A stretch of 64,000 nucleotides of DNA, taken from contig OZ234493.1 in NCBI GenBank assembly GCA_965153455.1, positions 4,588,001-4,652,000 on the forward strand, read 5' to 3'. This DNA comes from Sphagnum compactum. Lineage: Eukaryota. The first letter of the stretch is position 1. Each line of letters starts with the position of its first letter. A program made the position numbers and the translations under genes. Of this stretch, positions 1-12,834 are shown in pieces. The notes under the pieces were generated by a model, which was not told where the DNA came from, did not search any database, and worked only from the letters and a program-made list of their open reading frames with translations.

Positions 1-149
1 AATTGAGGATTTAAATTTTTTTTTGACTGGTGGTGGAAGTCCTGATGTTTGATGTGATACATTCAGAAGAATAATATGAAGAAAGCAAAGATGAGCTCAA
101 ACTGCATTTGCTTGCAAAGGTTCAATCCATAAACCAATAAATCTAGCTA

Positions 150-380
150 TGAAGGAAGGTAGGTTGTTTATTTTGTTTTGCTTTGTTTATACTTATGAGA
201 TCCACCAAACTGGGATGCTTCAAATTGTGTTCTTGGTCTCTTTGGAAAGCTCTCAAGGAGGAGGGGTGCATCGGCTTGGTTTCATGGCGTTTGGACTTGT
301 GGTGTAAAAGTTCTTGAATATTGAATGATTTCTTCACTGAAAATTAAATTAAATTAAATTTTAGCTGAAAATTTTGGAGG
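150..380 (+). repeat. Dispersed AT-rich repeat family, copy 1 (related to 27388-27815 and 49790-50155)
   Basis: The block ttggaaagctctcaaggaggaggggtgcatcggcttggtttcatggcgtttggacttgtggtgtaaaagttcttgaatattgaatgattt aligns by eye with the reverse complement of 27700-27815 and with 49810-49900. Boundaries are approximate. Confidence 0.6.
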
Positions 381-2015
381 AATTGGACCAATGTATTTTG
401 CAAGTAAGAACAATTCAGAAAGTCATGTGCAAAATAGAATTGGTCAAATGCAAATGATGCGGTACCTGTGTGTGAAGATTTCTCGTTGCTTAGTACATTT
501 CTGTCCAACATTGATGAAATGAACAGACTAGGTCCATTCATAGGCTCCAATCTCGATACATTCTAAAGCTTTCCTCTCCTGTGCAGAAATGAAATTACCC
601 AGTTATGTATTGCTGACCTGAAAGGCAATAAGCAAGTCTCGCACAACTCTATTTGTTTAATGATACAACAACCTAGAAGCAAACAACTATAGATAGATAG
701 ATACATGGAGCCTGTATAAATCCTGGGAGTGAAAAATGGCTGCATTGTCACAATGACTGCTAAAAATGATCCTTTGCTAGGTAGATCGAGCAGATTGTGT
801 GGCATGCTTTTCTTGGATCTTGATAATCCATGCATGACATGTGTTGAGAGGTTGCATCCTGACTTGATTTGTGAGTAGGTTGCACAAATTTTCCTTCTCG
901 TTTCACAGCAATTTTTTGTTCAAAATATCCATTGTCTGATTCTGCAGGAATACATGTACGCTCAAAACATTGGAATTGCAAAAACACTGGCACATGGGTG
1001 CGAGGTTAGCTCAAAACAGTCAAAACTTGTTGAGGGTTTCCTATGGGGCTTTTTTGTGTAGAGAGTCTTAGTGACGGTGTTATTGGCTCTCTACTCTGGC
1101 AAAAGATCACTAGCTGCTTATGAAATTGAGTAAATGAATTTTGAAGAATTCGCCCTGTGCACCATATCTATTGCATGATCTAATCTTATGTTTGTAAGTG
1201 TTTTGAGCCTTATTCTAACACACTTGCATCCCCATGAAGGTGAATTTATAGGTTAGTGGGTCACGGAGATCGATTTTAAATAAGTTGTGTTTGACTTTGA
1301 TCATTGTATACGTTTGCCATCAGAACACTATTGGAGGTTTCGATAAGTAAATTCTAGTGTTTCCAGAATCCTATCATCAGTAGTGCTTGATGTAGAGTCT
1401 TTTAACCCTAGGTCTGCTGTAAGTTGCAAAAACATAACATGTTTGTAAGGATGGACCCTAAAGCAATTTAACATCATGTTCTTGACATTCCTTGTTCTAA
1501 TTTCAACAGTCTCCAGCCAACTACATACATACTATGTTAATTTTCATGTAGAAACACCACAAAATTGTAGAATAGATGCAGAAATGTTTCAATTATTTTA
1601 AGTAGAAAGCTATTGAAACTTTACTTGTGAGGAAATTGGAATATTTAAATCAATAGGTGATGTTGAAGCTTGAGTCCTCGGATTTGAATTAATCACAGAT
1701 TGTGTTTTTTGGGAAGCAAACAAAACTTGTCAAAGATTGCCAAAAACTTATCAAGTATCCCCACCACCCTATCAACATTGGTTTCATTAACTGTAAAGGA
1801 GGTATTGTTAACATATTGATGAAAGTGTTTAAGCTATGCTTGTTTTGGATCCAGTTCTTCTTTATCCATGGGCTTTACCTATATAGTAAAGCAATGATAA
1901 AGCAATGAGGCAAAATTTATCATGAACCAAACCTATGTAAATCATGAGGCATACAAATGGGGAGGGTTCTTATGCCTACTCCTCAATAGTGGGAGGGTTC
2001 CTGCACCTATATAAA

Positions 2016-2235
2016 TGCATTCACACTTGGTGTTAGGGACTCTAGTGTCGACTGCACTAACACCATGCTAGTCAATTTAGGACTTACATCATCTATCTAC
2101 GTACCATGAACATTTTTATGTTAAGCTAACCACATTGACTTAACATTAAGCTCTTGTTCATTCAACATAGGGTACCCACCTAGGGTGCCACCTAGATTTT
2201 CATTTAACACTGACTTAACATCAGGTGTGAATGCA
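2016..2235. mobile_element. MITE-like element with ~21-bp terminal inverted repeats (possibly PIF/Harbinger-type)
   Basis: Left tgcattcacacttggtgttag (2016-2036) vs reverse complement of right ttaacatcaggtgtgaatgca (2215-2235): 18/21 identical. No clean TSD seen. Lies about 630 bp upstream of the SNX2 start codon. Confidence 0.55.
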
Positions 2236-2303
2236 CCGGGATAACTAAGCATAATTTCTCTCCCACCCTTGAGGTGTAGGCATAACATCCCTATACACAA
2301 ACA

Positions 2304-2358
2304 CATACATACATACATACGTATATACACACAACTACATACATACATACATACATAT
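2304..2358. repeat. (TACA)n microsatellite
   Basis: Two runs of catacatacatacatac. Confidence 0.85.
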
Positions 2359-2863
2359 AGTGCTCTTGTCGTGTTGTCAGCGTTTGGTGGTGCTCGAAAT
2401 CCCGTGTTCCTTTCGTAAAATCTGGTTTCTTCTCTCTGTTTGGAGCTCGTGTTGTGCTTGCTGTGTGTCTCCGCGGGGATCGGTGGCGGAAAACGGTGGG
2501 GGCGATGTATGGCAGCTGAGAAAGAGGGTGGGTGAGACGAGAACCAGGCTGGCAAAATTCAATCGCACAGTTCGAACAGGCTTTTTTGCCTCGCTGATCA
2601 AAGCTGCCCGACTGATCCATTCTTTCTGTTTTCTGGTAATGCTGAGCTTCTCGTTTCTTGCTTTCTTTCTTCATTTCAAAGGCTTGGAGTAGGTGTCTCT
2701 CTGCTCTGTTTCTACTTGAGAATCTAGAAGTCGCGCACTCCGCGGTCATATGAGTTTGCTACTGTGGTTTTCATGAAACCCTAACTAGGGTTCTGTTTGG
2801 AAATTCTAGTGTAAACAAAGGAGCGGGACGGGTTTTCTGTTTTCGGCTCGCGTTTTGGGCGTC

Positions 2864-5800
2864 ATGATGGGCTCGGAAGAAGACGAGGGACGTTTGTACA
2901 CATCCACAGACATGATGGAGAGCTTAACTCTGGATACAGAGCCGCATCCCTTCCTCTCCAACAGTGATTACCGAAATGCAATGTCAGGAGGCGAAAGTTT
3001 TTTTGCATCATCACTGCAAGAATCGCATCCACTAGCAGCTAAATCTGTGGATGCACATCAATTAGGGTTTGAAGATTCGGCCCGGAGCAGTGGCAGCTTG
3101 AGAGAGGATATGGTGGAGCCACCATCATATGCTGATGCCGTTTTTGCTCGAGATTTGAGCCACAGCACAACATCAGCTTTCTTGCAGACAAATTCATTCT
3201 CAGATGTGCTCAGGATCACAGTGAGCAACCCGCAGAAAATTCCAGAAGCAGGTGCATCAACAGCAGCTGGGATTGCCTCTTCGTATGTGACCTATTTAAT
3301 CAACACACACACGAATATTTCATCTTACCAAGGGTCAGATTTCAGTGTCCGGCGACGCTTCCGGGATGTTGTGACGCTCTCAGACAGACTTGCAGAAAGC
3401 TTCAGGGGGTTTTTCATCCCTCCTCGGCCAGACAAGAATGTTGTGGAGAGCCAGGTGATGCAAAAGCACGAGTTTATTGAAAATCGGCGTGCAGCATTGG
3501 AGAAGTACTTGCGCCGATTGGCTGCCCATCCTGTTCTTCGCCAGAGTGATGAGCTCCGTTTGTTCCTGCAATCGGAGGTGAATTATTCTTTTATAAAGAA
3601 TGACTTGTTTGTTTGGCATCTAACATGGACCATCCCCTGCATGAGAAATGTTGTGAATATGTGCATGGAAATTTAGCTTGCTATCTTGGAAGCAAATGTC
3701 CTTTATTCTGGGATGTATTCATGACCATCTTAAGGATAAGTTCCATGGCTTGTAAATCTTTATGGACTTTCCTTTTGTCATGCAATAGGATAATTTTTTT
3801 ATTGCAGGGAAAATTGCCCCTGTTGCCAACAACAGATATGGCATCACGTATGCTAGATGGGGCAGTGAATCTTCCTCGGCAGCTTTTTGGGGAAGGCAGT
3901 GTGATTCTTGCACCACAAGAAGCAGCACAGCCTGCAAAAGGTGGCCGAGATTTGGTGCGATTATTCAAAGAGCTGAAGCAGTCAGTTACAAATGACTGGG
4001 GCGGCAGCAAGCCTGCCATCATTGAAGAAGACAAAGAGTTTCTTGAGAAAAAAGAGAAATTGCAAGACCTTGAACACCATCTCAGTGATGCCTCCCAGCA
4101 GGTAGATTGACAATCTTTATCCTGGGAATTTAAGGGGGTTTGGGCTACAAGCTTGACTGTAATGCTGAAGCTAAAATCCCTATCTGGGAAGCATGTCAGA
4201 ATGATGTATGTTAGACAGGAGGAGGACAAATTATGAGCCTGTAAGTCATGGTTTATCAATGTAATGTCATTTGCTCAAGAGGCATGAGTAACAAAGAAAT
4301 TGGAGACTTCTGTCTTATCCCCAGGGAAGACTTGATTCTAATTCCTGAAATCACTGACCTCAGGAATGCAGAGAAAGTGATGAGTCATTGAAGGGTCTAG
4401 ATAAGGGGTGCAGGCAGAGCTGGTGGTGAAAGCTCAGCAAGAGGTGGGGGAAGTCATGGGGGAGCTTGGGCTGGCCTTCATCAAGCTTGCAAAATTTGAG
4501 ACACGGGCAGGGTTCACACCAGCACATGCTGCTGATGCAAAATGTGTTGCCACTGGGGCTGTTAAGGCTAGTCGCTTCTACCGGGAATGCAATGCCCAGT
4601 CTGTAAGGCACTTGGTGAGACCTCAGGCTTCAAATTACTTTCCTCTTCCTGTATTTGTTTTTGAAACCTCCAGGGCAGTGTAGGGTCTACTTCTGGTTTT
4701 CCAGAAACCCTCGGAACAGGCCATCACCTCTGCCAGGAATTCTACAACATGTGTCAGATTAGACTCTATCTCTCATTTCAGCCATGGTGAGCTCATCCGT
4801 CAAGCATCTATCTGACCCTGGTTTTAATATTTGGATATAGCCACTGCAAGACAGTAAAATCCACCATTTCTGCTTCGTTCTTGACAGTTATTCTTTCTTG
4901 GAGAGAGTTTAGTGTTGGGGTATAGCCTGAGTTGTAGGCCCTCCTCAAAACAGATATGACCCTTGTATGTGAGTAGAGATATATCATTGAAGCAAGTGAT
5001 GTACGCAAAGGCTTGTGAAGGGGAAATGCATCGTTGTCAATTGCACTAGCCAGAGGAATGAATTTAGGTTATTTTTTCCCATCAGGACACTCATACTGTG
5101 ATTTGGTGCCTTACTTTTGTATATCTTAACAGGATGAGCTGCATGAGTACTTAGGACTTATGCAAGCTTTGCACATAGCATTTGCGGACCGCTCGAATGC
5201 CCTTCTCACAGTGCAAACATTCATGTCTGATGTGGCTGCAAACAACATGCAAATTGAAAAACTTGAGGCAGCTTCAAACAAAGTTTTTGGTGGAAGCAAG
5301 ACTCAAAACCGCAAAATCATTGAGCTCAAAGAGGCAGTGAAGGTCACTGGAGAAGCACGGGACCTTGCCCAAAAAGAGTATGAGTGCATCAAGGTATCTT
5401 TTTTTGTCTCACATGAGAAATCCAAGCCTTCCAAAAACTTTCCTGATGCTCAGCATTCTGTGCATGGTCCAAGATCCCAATGAATATTCTGGAGATAAGC
5501 TCCCCAAGTCTCAAGTATGTCATGTGGTTATAGATATGTACACAACATGGGTTATGTAATATGTCTTAATTCAGTAAATCACTTCACTGTGATATCTATA
5601 GGACCATAACCGGGCAGAGCTTGAGCGGTTCGAGGAGGAGAGGCGACGAGATTTTTTTAACATGCTTCGGGGATTTGCCCAAACGCAGGTACTTGATGAA
5701 ACCTTAGCAGTGGACCAGGTTTTATAATCCACTATGATGTTTTCAGGCTCAAATGCCAGAACTAGCAGATTAGACCTAGCAATTAACTTTGAGTGCTACT

Positions 5801-5925
5801 TTTTTGTGCAGGTCGGGTATGCAGAGAAGATTTGCAATGTGTGGACTAAGGTAGCTGAAGATACAAAGGGCCACTCTGGCAGATTCTCAGAAGCAACTCC
5901 CTCATCCCTTTCAACACCAACTTAG
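2864..5925 (+). CDS. SNX2: Sorting nexin 2-like (PX + BAR/Vps5 domain), 6 exons, ~556 aa
   Basis: Exons 2864-3577, 3808-4101, 4414-4614, 5133-5393, 5602-5688, 5812-5925; all introns GT-AG and phase 0. PX motifs SYVTYLI, FSVRRRFRDVVTLSDRLAE, FIPPRPDK, FIENRRAALEKYL. Plant SNX2 signature QPAKGGRDLVRLFKELKQSVTNDWG. BAR region ...RAELERFEEERRRDF...QVGYAEKI. Confidence 0.93.
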
Positions 5926-8900
5926 GGTTTGGGATTCTGGATTCTCTGTAGCTACAATTTTTCTGTGGATTAGTGCTGCAGGCCACCACTGTTCAGGAAA
6001 AAAAATCTTGAGCTCAATAAGCTGGGATCACCTTCCTACACTTCATTGGGAGGACAGTTTTAAACACTCTGTTGGTGTGAGTCTATTACTTTCCTGTAGA
6101 ATAGCAGGATATAGATTGTAGTAGTCACTTCAAGCAAGGAGATTGAGACCATTGCCTCTCACTCCCTCTAGAGTTTGATGTTCCTTACCTATGGCACATC
6201 TAATGTCAGAAAGAAAAATTGTGCGACCATAAACCATGAAACATGGGGACCTAGTGTTTGCAACTCAATAGGTGACTCAGACCCAGAGTAAGAATGGGTC
6301 ATGATCTGTCAGAGGGTAAGAGGACGAATGCGAGGACTGATCTACTTAACACTCTGTAGCAAGGATGTTGAGGTGGTTGGATTTAGGGGGGGATAGGGGT
6401 CAAGCAAACTGTGGTGGCAAGATTGTGGTGTCTAAGAACATGTACTGCCTCCTGCATGCATGTCTACTTGCGCACTCTTTGCAGCTACAATTGTAGAAGA
6501 AAAGGTTGATGGATTTATTGCTGCTGCCTCTAGTGCTGCCCTTGCACTGCTAAGGGTCCAAGGTTTTCACTGGGCATGTACTATTAATGAGCTGGTGTAC
6601 ATGAAGGGTGGGTGCACTAGGCTAGCTGTGTCATCTTTCCCAAGCAGGGAATCCGATTATATTTGAGGAGAGCTCAACAGTGGTTTTTTTGAGTACTATT
6701 GGTGAAGAGCATGTCTGGACATTGTGTTTTAGAGTGTGAACAAGAACATGAGGATGTGTAGTGTTGATGCAGAAATCGCCAACTGTTTTTGAGTCCATGA
6801 TGTAATTGGACAACATTGTGTAAATGTTTTACAATTTTGTTGTGTGTTGTATTTGCCTGAGATGTCAAACACTATGGAATGAAACCAACATCATAACTTA
6901 GGTGGAGACTGTCGGGGAATAGTCTATGTTTGCAAGAAGAAGAATTTGTCAAATGCTTGAGGAAATGATAGTGAGGGGATGCTGTGTGTGCAGCAATCAG
7001 AAGTTCGTTTACACTTGTTTAAAGGATGATACTATGGATGCAAGAGAAAGAGAATTTGATTCATTTAGTTGAAGTGAGTCTGGAAAACACATGGGGTGTG
7101 CTCACTTCATTCTCTGATCTAGAAAGGGCCTGCAGGTTAGTTGGGGCTTCCAAAGTGCCTCATTAGTCTTGTGGGTTGTCATGTTCACTTCATAGGTCAT
7201 TGAGGGGTCATGGGTGTTTTGTGGTTATCAATGGTAGTTTTGGCACTTTGCTGTGTACTTAAGAAGTATCATCCTGGTGGAGTATCTTCCAATTACAAGG
7301 AGTTGTTACCCTAAAGTTATTGGGCCAATGTTGCAGCCATTTCCAGTTGGATCAAGTTGTAGGTTCGCAGGGTTGGGAGCTGTAATTGCCCTGGGGGAAA
7401 AATCCAAGAGTTTGCAAAAACCTCATATTGCATCTCTAATGTAAGATTGCATTGTGCAGCAAAATCCCAACACAGAAAATTTTGGACAGAGAATGCTGTG
7501 TTTTTGACTAATTTTATCTAACCTCTCCTTGTGTTTGGAAGTCATCATGGAACTGTTTTCTTGCATGTGCCAGTGGTCCATTCAGAGTTGGCCTGGCAGA
7601 AATGCGTAACCATTTTCTGATGGTTATGTTTTTGTCAATGCTCAATTTGGTTTCACAAGTTCTATTGAAAGAGGTGGCCATGCAGGTGGAGTATCCAGGA
7701 GTTGCTAACAGCAGACTGTAGGGTGTAGTGAGAATCAAATGTGTCTGCTACTCAACATAATGCCCACAATCATTTGTGGTTCAGCCCAGAAGTTGAAATA
7801 AAGATAACTACAACTGTGGCTTGCCTTAATACAGGTTATGCTGAAAGGAAGAGCAAGCAATAGAGTCTGATTATGTTTCTGGATGCCAGTGAATCAGAAA
7901 ATGTTAAAAGAACTGTGGAAACAGGAGAAGGGGCTGCTGTATGTGCCCCTCATGTTTGATGAGCTTGCAGCAACCACATCATCCCCACAAATTTGTCCCT
8001 AGTACCCATAGAATTCTGATAACCATTGGGAAGCCAAACAAGGGGGATAATTTTGTTTATTATGTTCTCAAAAGATTCAATGTTAAATAATAAGGGTAGT
8101 TGAATTCTCTTGTCTGGCGTACAAGTGGGATTTTATGTGTTCAATAAGGCAGCAATGAACAGATAAGGAGGCATAACATAATCAAAACCCATGTATAACA
8201 AAAGTATTTGCTTGCTCAATTCAGATCCACAACCTTGTATATAACCTAGTGATGAGAATTGCAGTCTTTATACTAAAATGCCACATAAGAGAGAATGAGC
8301 GAATAAGTCTGGTGTACGCCCAGTTCAAGGCAGTTCATGATACTTCCAGCAACCACTAAGCATTTTGGTGCAGGTACCTATGAAACTCTGATATCTGAAG
8401 GTCAAATGCACCTTCATTTTGAAACTCATTTTCATTGAGCAAACCTATTCATTCACACAAAACACAGGGCACATCCTCATCTCAAGTGGATGCTCAAACA
8501 GAGGCCAAGGCCCAGGAAATTTTTGAACTGCAATGCCGATGTTGCCCTTTGGCTCCTTCTGAGATAATCACAGAAATTCCAAAGATTGCATGATGGGAGA
8601 GAAGGTGCACAAAATCATGACTTTCTGTACCATATGCCAAATGGGTGGTATGAGCCTCAAATTTCCTCGACCCAGAGACTCAAAATAAGTGAAGGGAGTT
8701 GATGGTGATACTACAAGTCACTGATTTCATACATACGCTCCTGATAGTACCCTTCCAAACAAGAATCTAGAAATGCAGTCTTCCTGAAGTAAACCTCCAT
8801 TGTCATTTTGCAGGCTGGTGGATGTGCTACAATGAAGCTTTACAGTTGAAGGTTCAGTTTACACCGGCTGAAGCAAAACAGAAATAAGTAACTCTGGTGG

Positions 8901-8959
8901 GAAAGCATAAGAAGCAGCTTACATTATTGGTGATGTGATGAGCATCAAAGCTGTGTGCG

Positions 8960-10996
8960 CTATTTGTACTTTTCCATGATCCGCCGAGCTTCCTCTACTG
9001 GATCATCACTCGTGCCACTGTCCCCTCCACCACCTCCACCGCCAGTAGAATCATTGTCCTTGTTGAGGAAAAGATATGCCATGTAACTGAAGACACCAAT
9101 CACCTGTCACACAGTGAATGTTAACAGTTGTTCTCCAAGGTGTGATATAAACCAGTGCTGTCAACTTTCAATTTCAAATCCTTCCTGGACTTCTGTTTCA
9201 TATGTTTTACATGGAGGAAACAGGATAAGCACATTTTTGTGTAGAGATGGAAGTGTGGTTCATTGAGTCAACTCTGGGTAGGGAAAGAAAGCATACCAGG
9301 ATGAAGAGGGCAGTAGTAAAGAGATACCGAAGAAAGTACGTGACCATGAAAACCCCAACTAACCCCACACCAACTTGTGCCACAGGCCTTGGTACTGTTT
9401 CCTAGTCATGTGCATCCCCCACCCCCCAAAACACAGCATTTGCTTCAACTTACTGAATATGCTTGTTGCTTTCTTGGATCTCACAACAACTGACACACGA
9501 TACATCTGATCATGTAGCATCACTAAACACCTTCACCATTCCAACACAAGAAGAAGCTCGATCATAATCTCCCAGCCATGAATACAACACAAGAAGCTCA
9601 ATTCCAAGCCATGAATACAAACTCTGTCATGTAACAAGCTCAAAAACCTGAGGCATACACAACAAGTGAGGGAGTAAGTTTAATACAGGTACAAGCTTGG
9701 TGCCAGCATCCAAACCTTCTTTGCCCGCTCTTAATGCAAAACCCACCACTGCCACAGCCCAGAACAACACAAAGTTAAGAGCTCTGTATATGCAGATTTT
9801 TTCACTATTCTGAGAGAACAGTAGATTTGACCATGTGCTGTGTGGAAGATCACAAAAGGAAGGAAGCCCTGGGTGAGATGAGTGCAGCACCCACAAAACT
9901 AAACCCTAATACAACTCTCCAAAATTGCCTGAAGCATTTGCTCATCAAAGCATTAGAGGTTCAAGTGCCTGCAGCGCCTGCAGCAACCACAAAACCCAAA
10001 CTAAATATATATTCTCAGAATTGCATGAGCATTCGCTCATCAACAGAGCATTCAGAGAGGTTCCAGCAACTGCAAAACCAAACTAATACATTCAATTGCA
10101 TGGGCATTTTGCTCCTCAAGCAAGCATTCAGAGAGGTTGCAAGCACTTTCCACTCACATGCTACCAAGCTCATAAAACCCCCCAAATACCCTACATTCTT
10201 CCTTCCACACAGCCAAATGCACAGAGGGAGCAAAATCCATTGTGTGTCTATCAAGTGTAGATGTTTGGTTTTTTTTAATTTTGCGTGTCCATTTGCACCT
10301 ACAAATACAGGAATGATAGCATGGAGGTCATCGCCATGGCCATGGAGTGAGGAGGAGGACATGAGGTTCTTCAGTCTGACAAATTTTGAGCTTGATAAAA
10401 GAAAGACTGAACAACCAACCATCAGTAGAGACTTGACCAAAGATTTGCTCCTACAATTCAACATGGGTCATGCCTGAATTGTAGAAAAGAGGTATCTTGA
10501 GTGGAATCTCTGGTGAGAAACTAGGATTTGAAAAATTTAGAAAACAGGAAATGCAGGCGAGAGAGAGAGCGAGAGAGAGAGAACCTCGGAGTAAGTCCGT
10601 CTTCTGTTCTGCTATAATCCGACCTGCAGGGCGTGAATGTGGTGGAGCAGGTGCAATAATCCTTCTCCGCTTTCCAATCACCAGTTTGTCACCCACCAAG
10701 CTACCCAATCGGGTAGTACAACACACATTGCTGCTGCTGATGAAAGACGACGAAGAAGAAGAAGAATCCCTGAACAATCTCCTCTTTGTGGGCACTAGCA
10801 GCGAACCATGATGCAGTTGATGCGAGGAAGAAGAAGAGCAAGAAGATCTGACATGAACCCTTGTCCTAATACAACCCACACTTGATGATGATGTACATGA
10901 CGACGAAGAAAGCACTGAAGAAGAAGCAGAAGTAGAAGATGCGGAGATTTTTGCAGGTACTAGTCTTGAAACAAACATCATGCTCATGGTGGCCAT
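8960..10996 (-). CDS. Conserved plant membrane protein of unknown function with chloroplast-transit-peptide-like N-terminus, 4 exons, ~240 aa
   Basis: Exons 10996-10585, 9748-9687, 9401-9297, 9103-8960 join in frame via GT-AG introns (phases 1,0,0): MATMSMMFVSRLV(S-rich)...DLLR|VVGFALRAGKEGLDAGTKLVP|ETVPRPVAQVGVGLVGVFMVTYFLRYLFTTALFIL|VIGVFSYMAYLFLNKD...DDPVEEARRIMEKYK*. Ser/Arg-rich N-terminus and a hydrophobic hairpin. The last two exons are absent from the ORF track. Confidence 0.82.
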
Positions 10997-11239
10997 GCTT
11001 CAATTCTTCCTTCTTCAGCTGGTCGTGACAGATTTACCCCCGAATCAGAAGAAGAGAAAGAGTAGTAGTACCTCTAGCCAACAACTACTGCTGCTTAGGG
11101 CTTTCTGCCATCAAATCCCACAAAAACATAAAACAGTAGTAACATCGAGAGGCATCCAATAAGATCTGCTTCCAAATTGGTTGTCGAGGATAGAAATGCG
11201 CCATGTAAGTACGAAGAAAGGGGCTCAAAGAGCGAACAT

Positions 11240-11400
11240 TCTTCTTGTTCGGCTTCTTCTTCTCCTTCTTCTTCATGCTTTTTGTTGTTCTTTCTTCTTC
11301 TTCATGCTTTGTGTTCTTCTTCTTTCTTCTTCTTCTTCTTCCTGATTCTTCTTCTTCATGCTTTGTGTTCTTTTTCTTTTCTTCTCCTTCTTCATCATAT
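11240..11400. repeat. CTT-rich degenerate tandem repeat
   Basis: ttcttcttcttcatgctttgtgttc occurs about 3 times, just upstream of the minus-strand gene. Confidence 0.75.
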
Positions 11401-12009
11401 GTGTGTCACTAAAGGGGGTTGAGATTTGGGAAGCATTTGTAGATGAATCATTCCACACTCTTCTTCTTTGGTTTTTTGCTGGCCAGGTTTTGGTACTCGG
11501 AGTTTTGTCACAATTTTCACAAAGTAATGCTGTTTCTCTAAGCTTTGTCAAGAGATGGGAATTAAACAGTGGGAAGAAGCTCACAGATTTGGGGAATCAA
11601 ACTGGAGAAAGAAGCTTGCAGATGATTTACACCATGTCTACAGGACTACAGACAGGTTCAAGATGAGTCTTTGAATGTTGTTGACTTGCCTTTCTTTCCA
11701 CCTGCATCTATGAAATTGCAAAGAAAATCTCCACAACAACAATTTTGAAGGTAACATGGCAAAACAATAGTTTGTTAAAGGGATGTTAATACTGAAAATG
11801 GTGGCAGCTAGCCACCATGTAAGCTGAATTTTGCAGTTTGTGACAGCAATTGCGCTCTCCCCAATGGTTGTCATTTTGAGGAATGCTTCATCATCTGGTT
11901 TGAGGTGGATTCCTTCTTGTCTTCTTGGGTATTTAAGTAAATTCGGAACAGCACATGTTTATTCCCCTCTTCCTGCAAGATGGTGTCCAGACTTTCATGA
12001 TAAGCATAC

Positions 12010-12272
12010 ACAAACTGATACAAATCAAAAGACTGAATGCACCACACATACAGATTACTGACAGCATACACAACTGATACAAATCAACAACAGTGTGCAC
12101 AAGTGATAGAAATACAAGGTACCATGCACAACTGATACAAGTCAAGACAGCATGCACAATTGATACAAATCACACAACAGTGTGCGCAACTGATACAAAT
12201 CAAAGGTAGCATGAACAACTGATACAAATCAAGACAGCATGCACAAAGGATACAAATCAAGACAGAATGCAC
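12010..12272. repeat. Degenerate ~28-31-bp minisatellite
   Basis: Core gcacaactgatacaaatcaa recurs about 8 times with short, mutually related linkers (gacagcat, aggtagcat, caacagtgt). Confidence 0.8.
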
Positions 12273-12284
12273 AATAATTTTTAC

Positions 12285-12370
12285 CCGAACACAAGCAGGG
12301 CATCCAGTCTCAGTAGTGCAATGACACAAAAAGCTGAAGGCAGCCTGCACGAGCTCCGCAGACATGGGAC
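12285..12370 (-). pseudogene. Isolated exon resembling the C-terminal Zn-binding region (DUF1998) of HRQ1/MrfA-type helicases
   Basis: Bounded by tggcAG|GTCCC and GTTCGG|GTaaaa. Encodes ...AELVQAAFSFLCHCTTETGCPACV, matching my recollection of the plant HRQ1 motif ELL.AALELL..C.C...GCP.CVQ. No helicase core found nearby. Confidence 0.5.
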
Positions 12371-12694
12371 CTGCCATACACCATAACCACAACTGTTGAG
12401 ATCAAATCTTGCAGAGAAATTCGTAAGTTCTCTGAGCCTACCATTTTACCCAGTCCAAACAGTATAATACTGAAATTCAGAGATGAACAGCCCAACCTGG
12501 TGGACACATTTGAGATATGAAAGAGTCAATTTCTGTGGTTTTTGGTACATGATTGTGATTCTGCAGCACAATCTTCAAGATGGCATTCTGAACTTGAATC
12601 CAGGCAGCCTAGTCAAATCACAAGTTCCAACAGTCTGTCAATTTCCAAACAAGTTTTCCCCCAGGATTTGTAACATGCGGGCAATGGTGAGTGG

Positions 12695-12834
12695 CCTTAT
12701 GGTAGACACACCTCGGAATCATTGGAGACAGACATCAGGTAAGAAGAGGTCAACAATGCCTGACCTTATGGTAGACGCACCTCGGAATCATTGGAGACAG
12801 ACATCGGGTAAGAAGAGGTCAACAATGCCTGACC
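12695..12834. repeat. 69-bp tandem duplication (2 copies, 2 mismatches)
   Basis: ccttatggtagacacacctcggaatcattggagacagacatcaggtaagaagaggtcaacaatgcctga starts at 12695 and again at 12764. Confidence 0.92.

Noticed and set aside
560-1010. Possible decayed exons upstream of SNX2
   Set aside because: Splice-like signals are present, but no recognisable protein could be assembled.
9827-10477. 216-aa plus-strand ORF
   Set aside because: It lies antisense within intron 1 of the minus-strand gene and has no recognisable domain.
12010-12272. CRISPR-like repeat/spacer array
   Set aside because: The linkers are short and related to each other, the context is eukaryotic and there are no cas genes; it is a minisatellite. 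The 94-bp and 61-bp arrays have no spacers at all.
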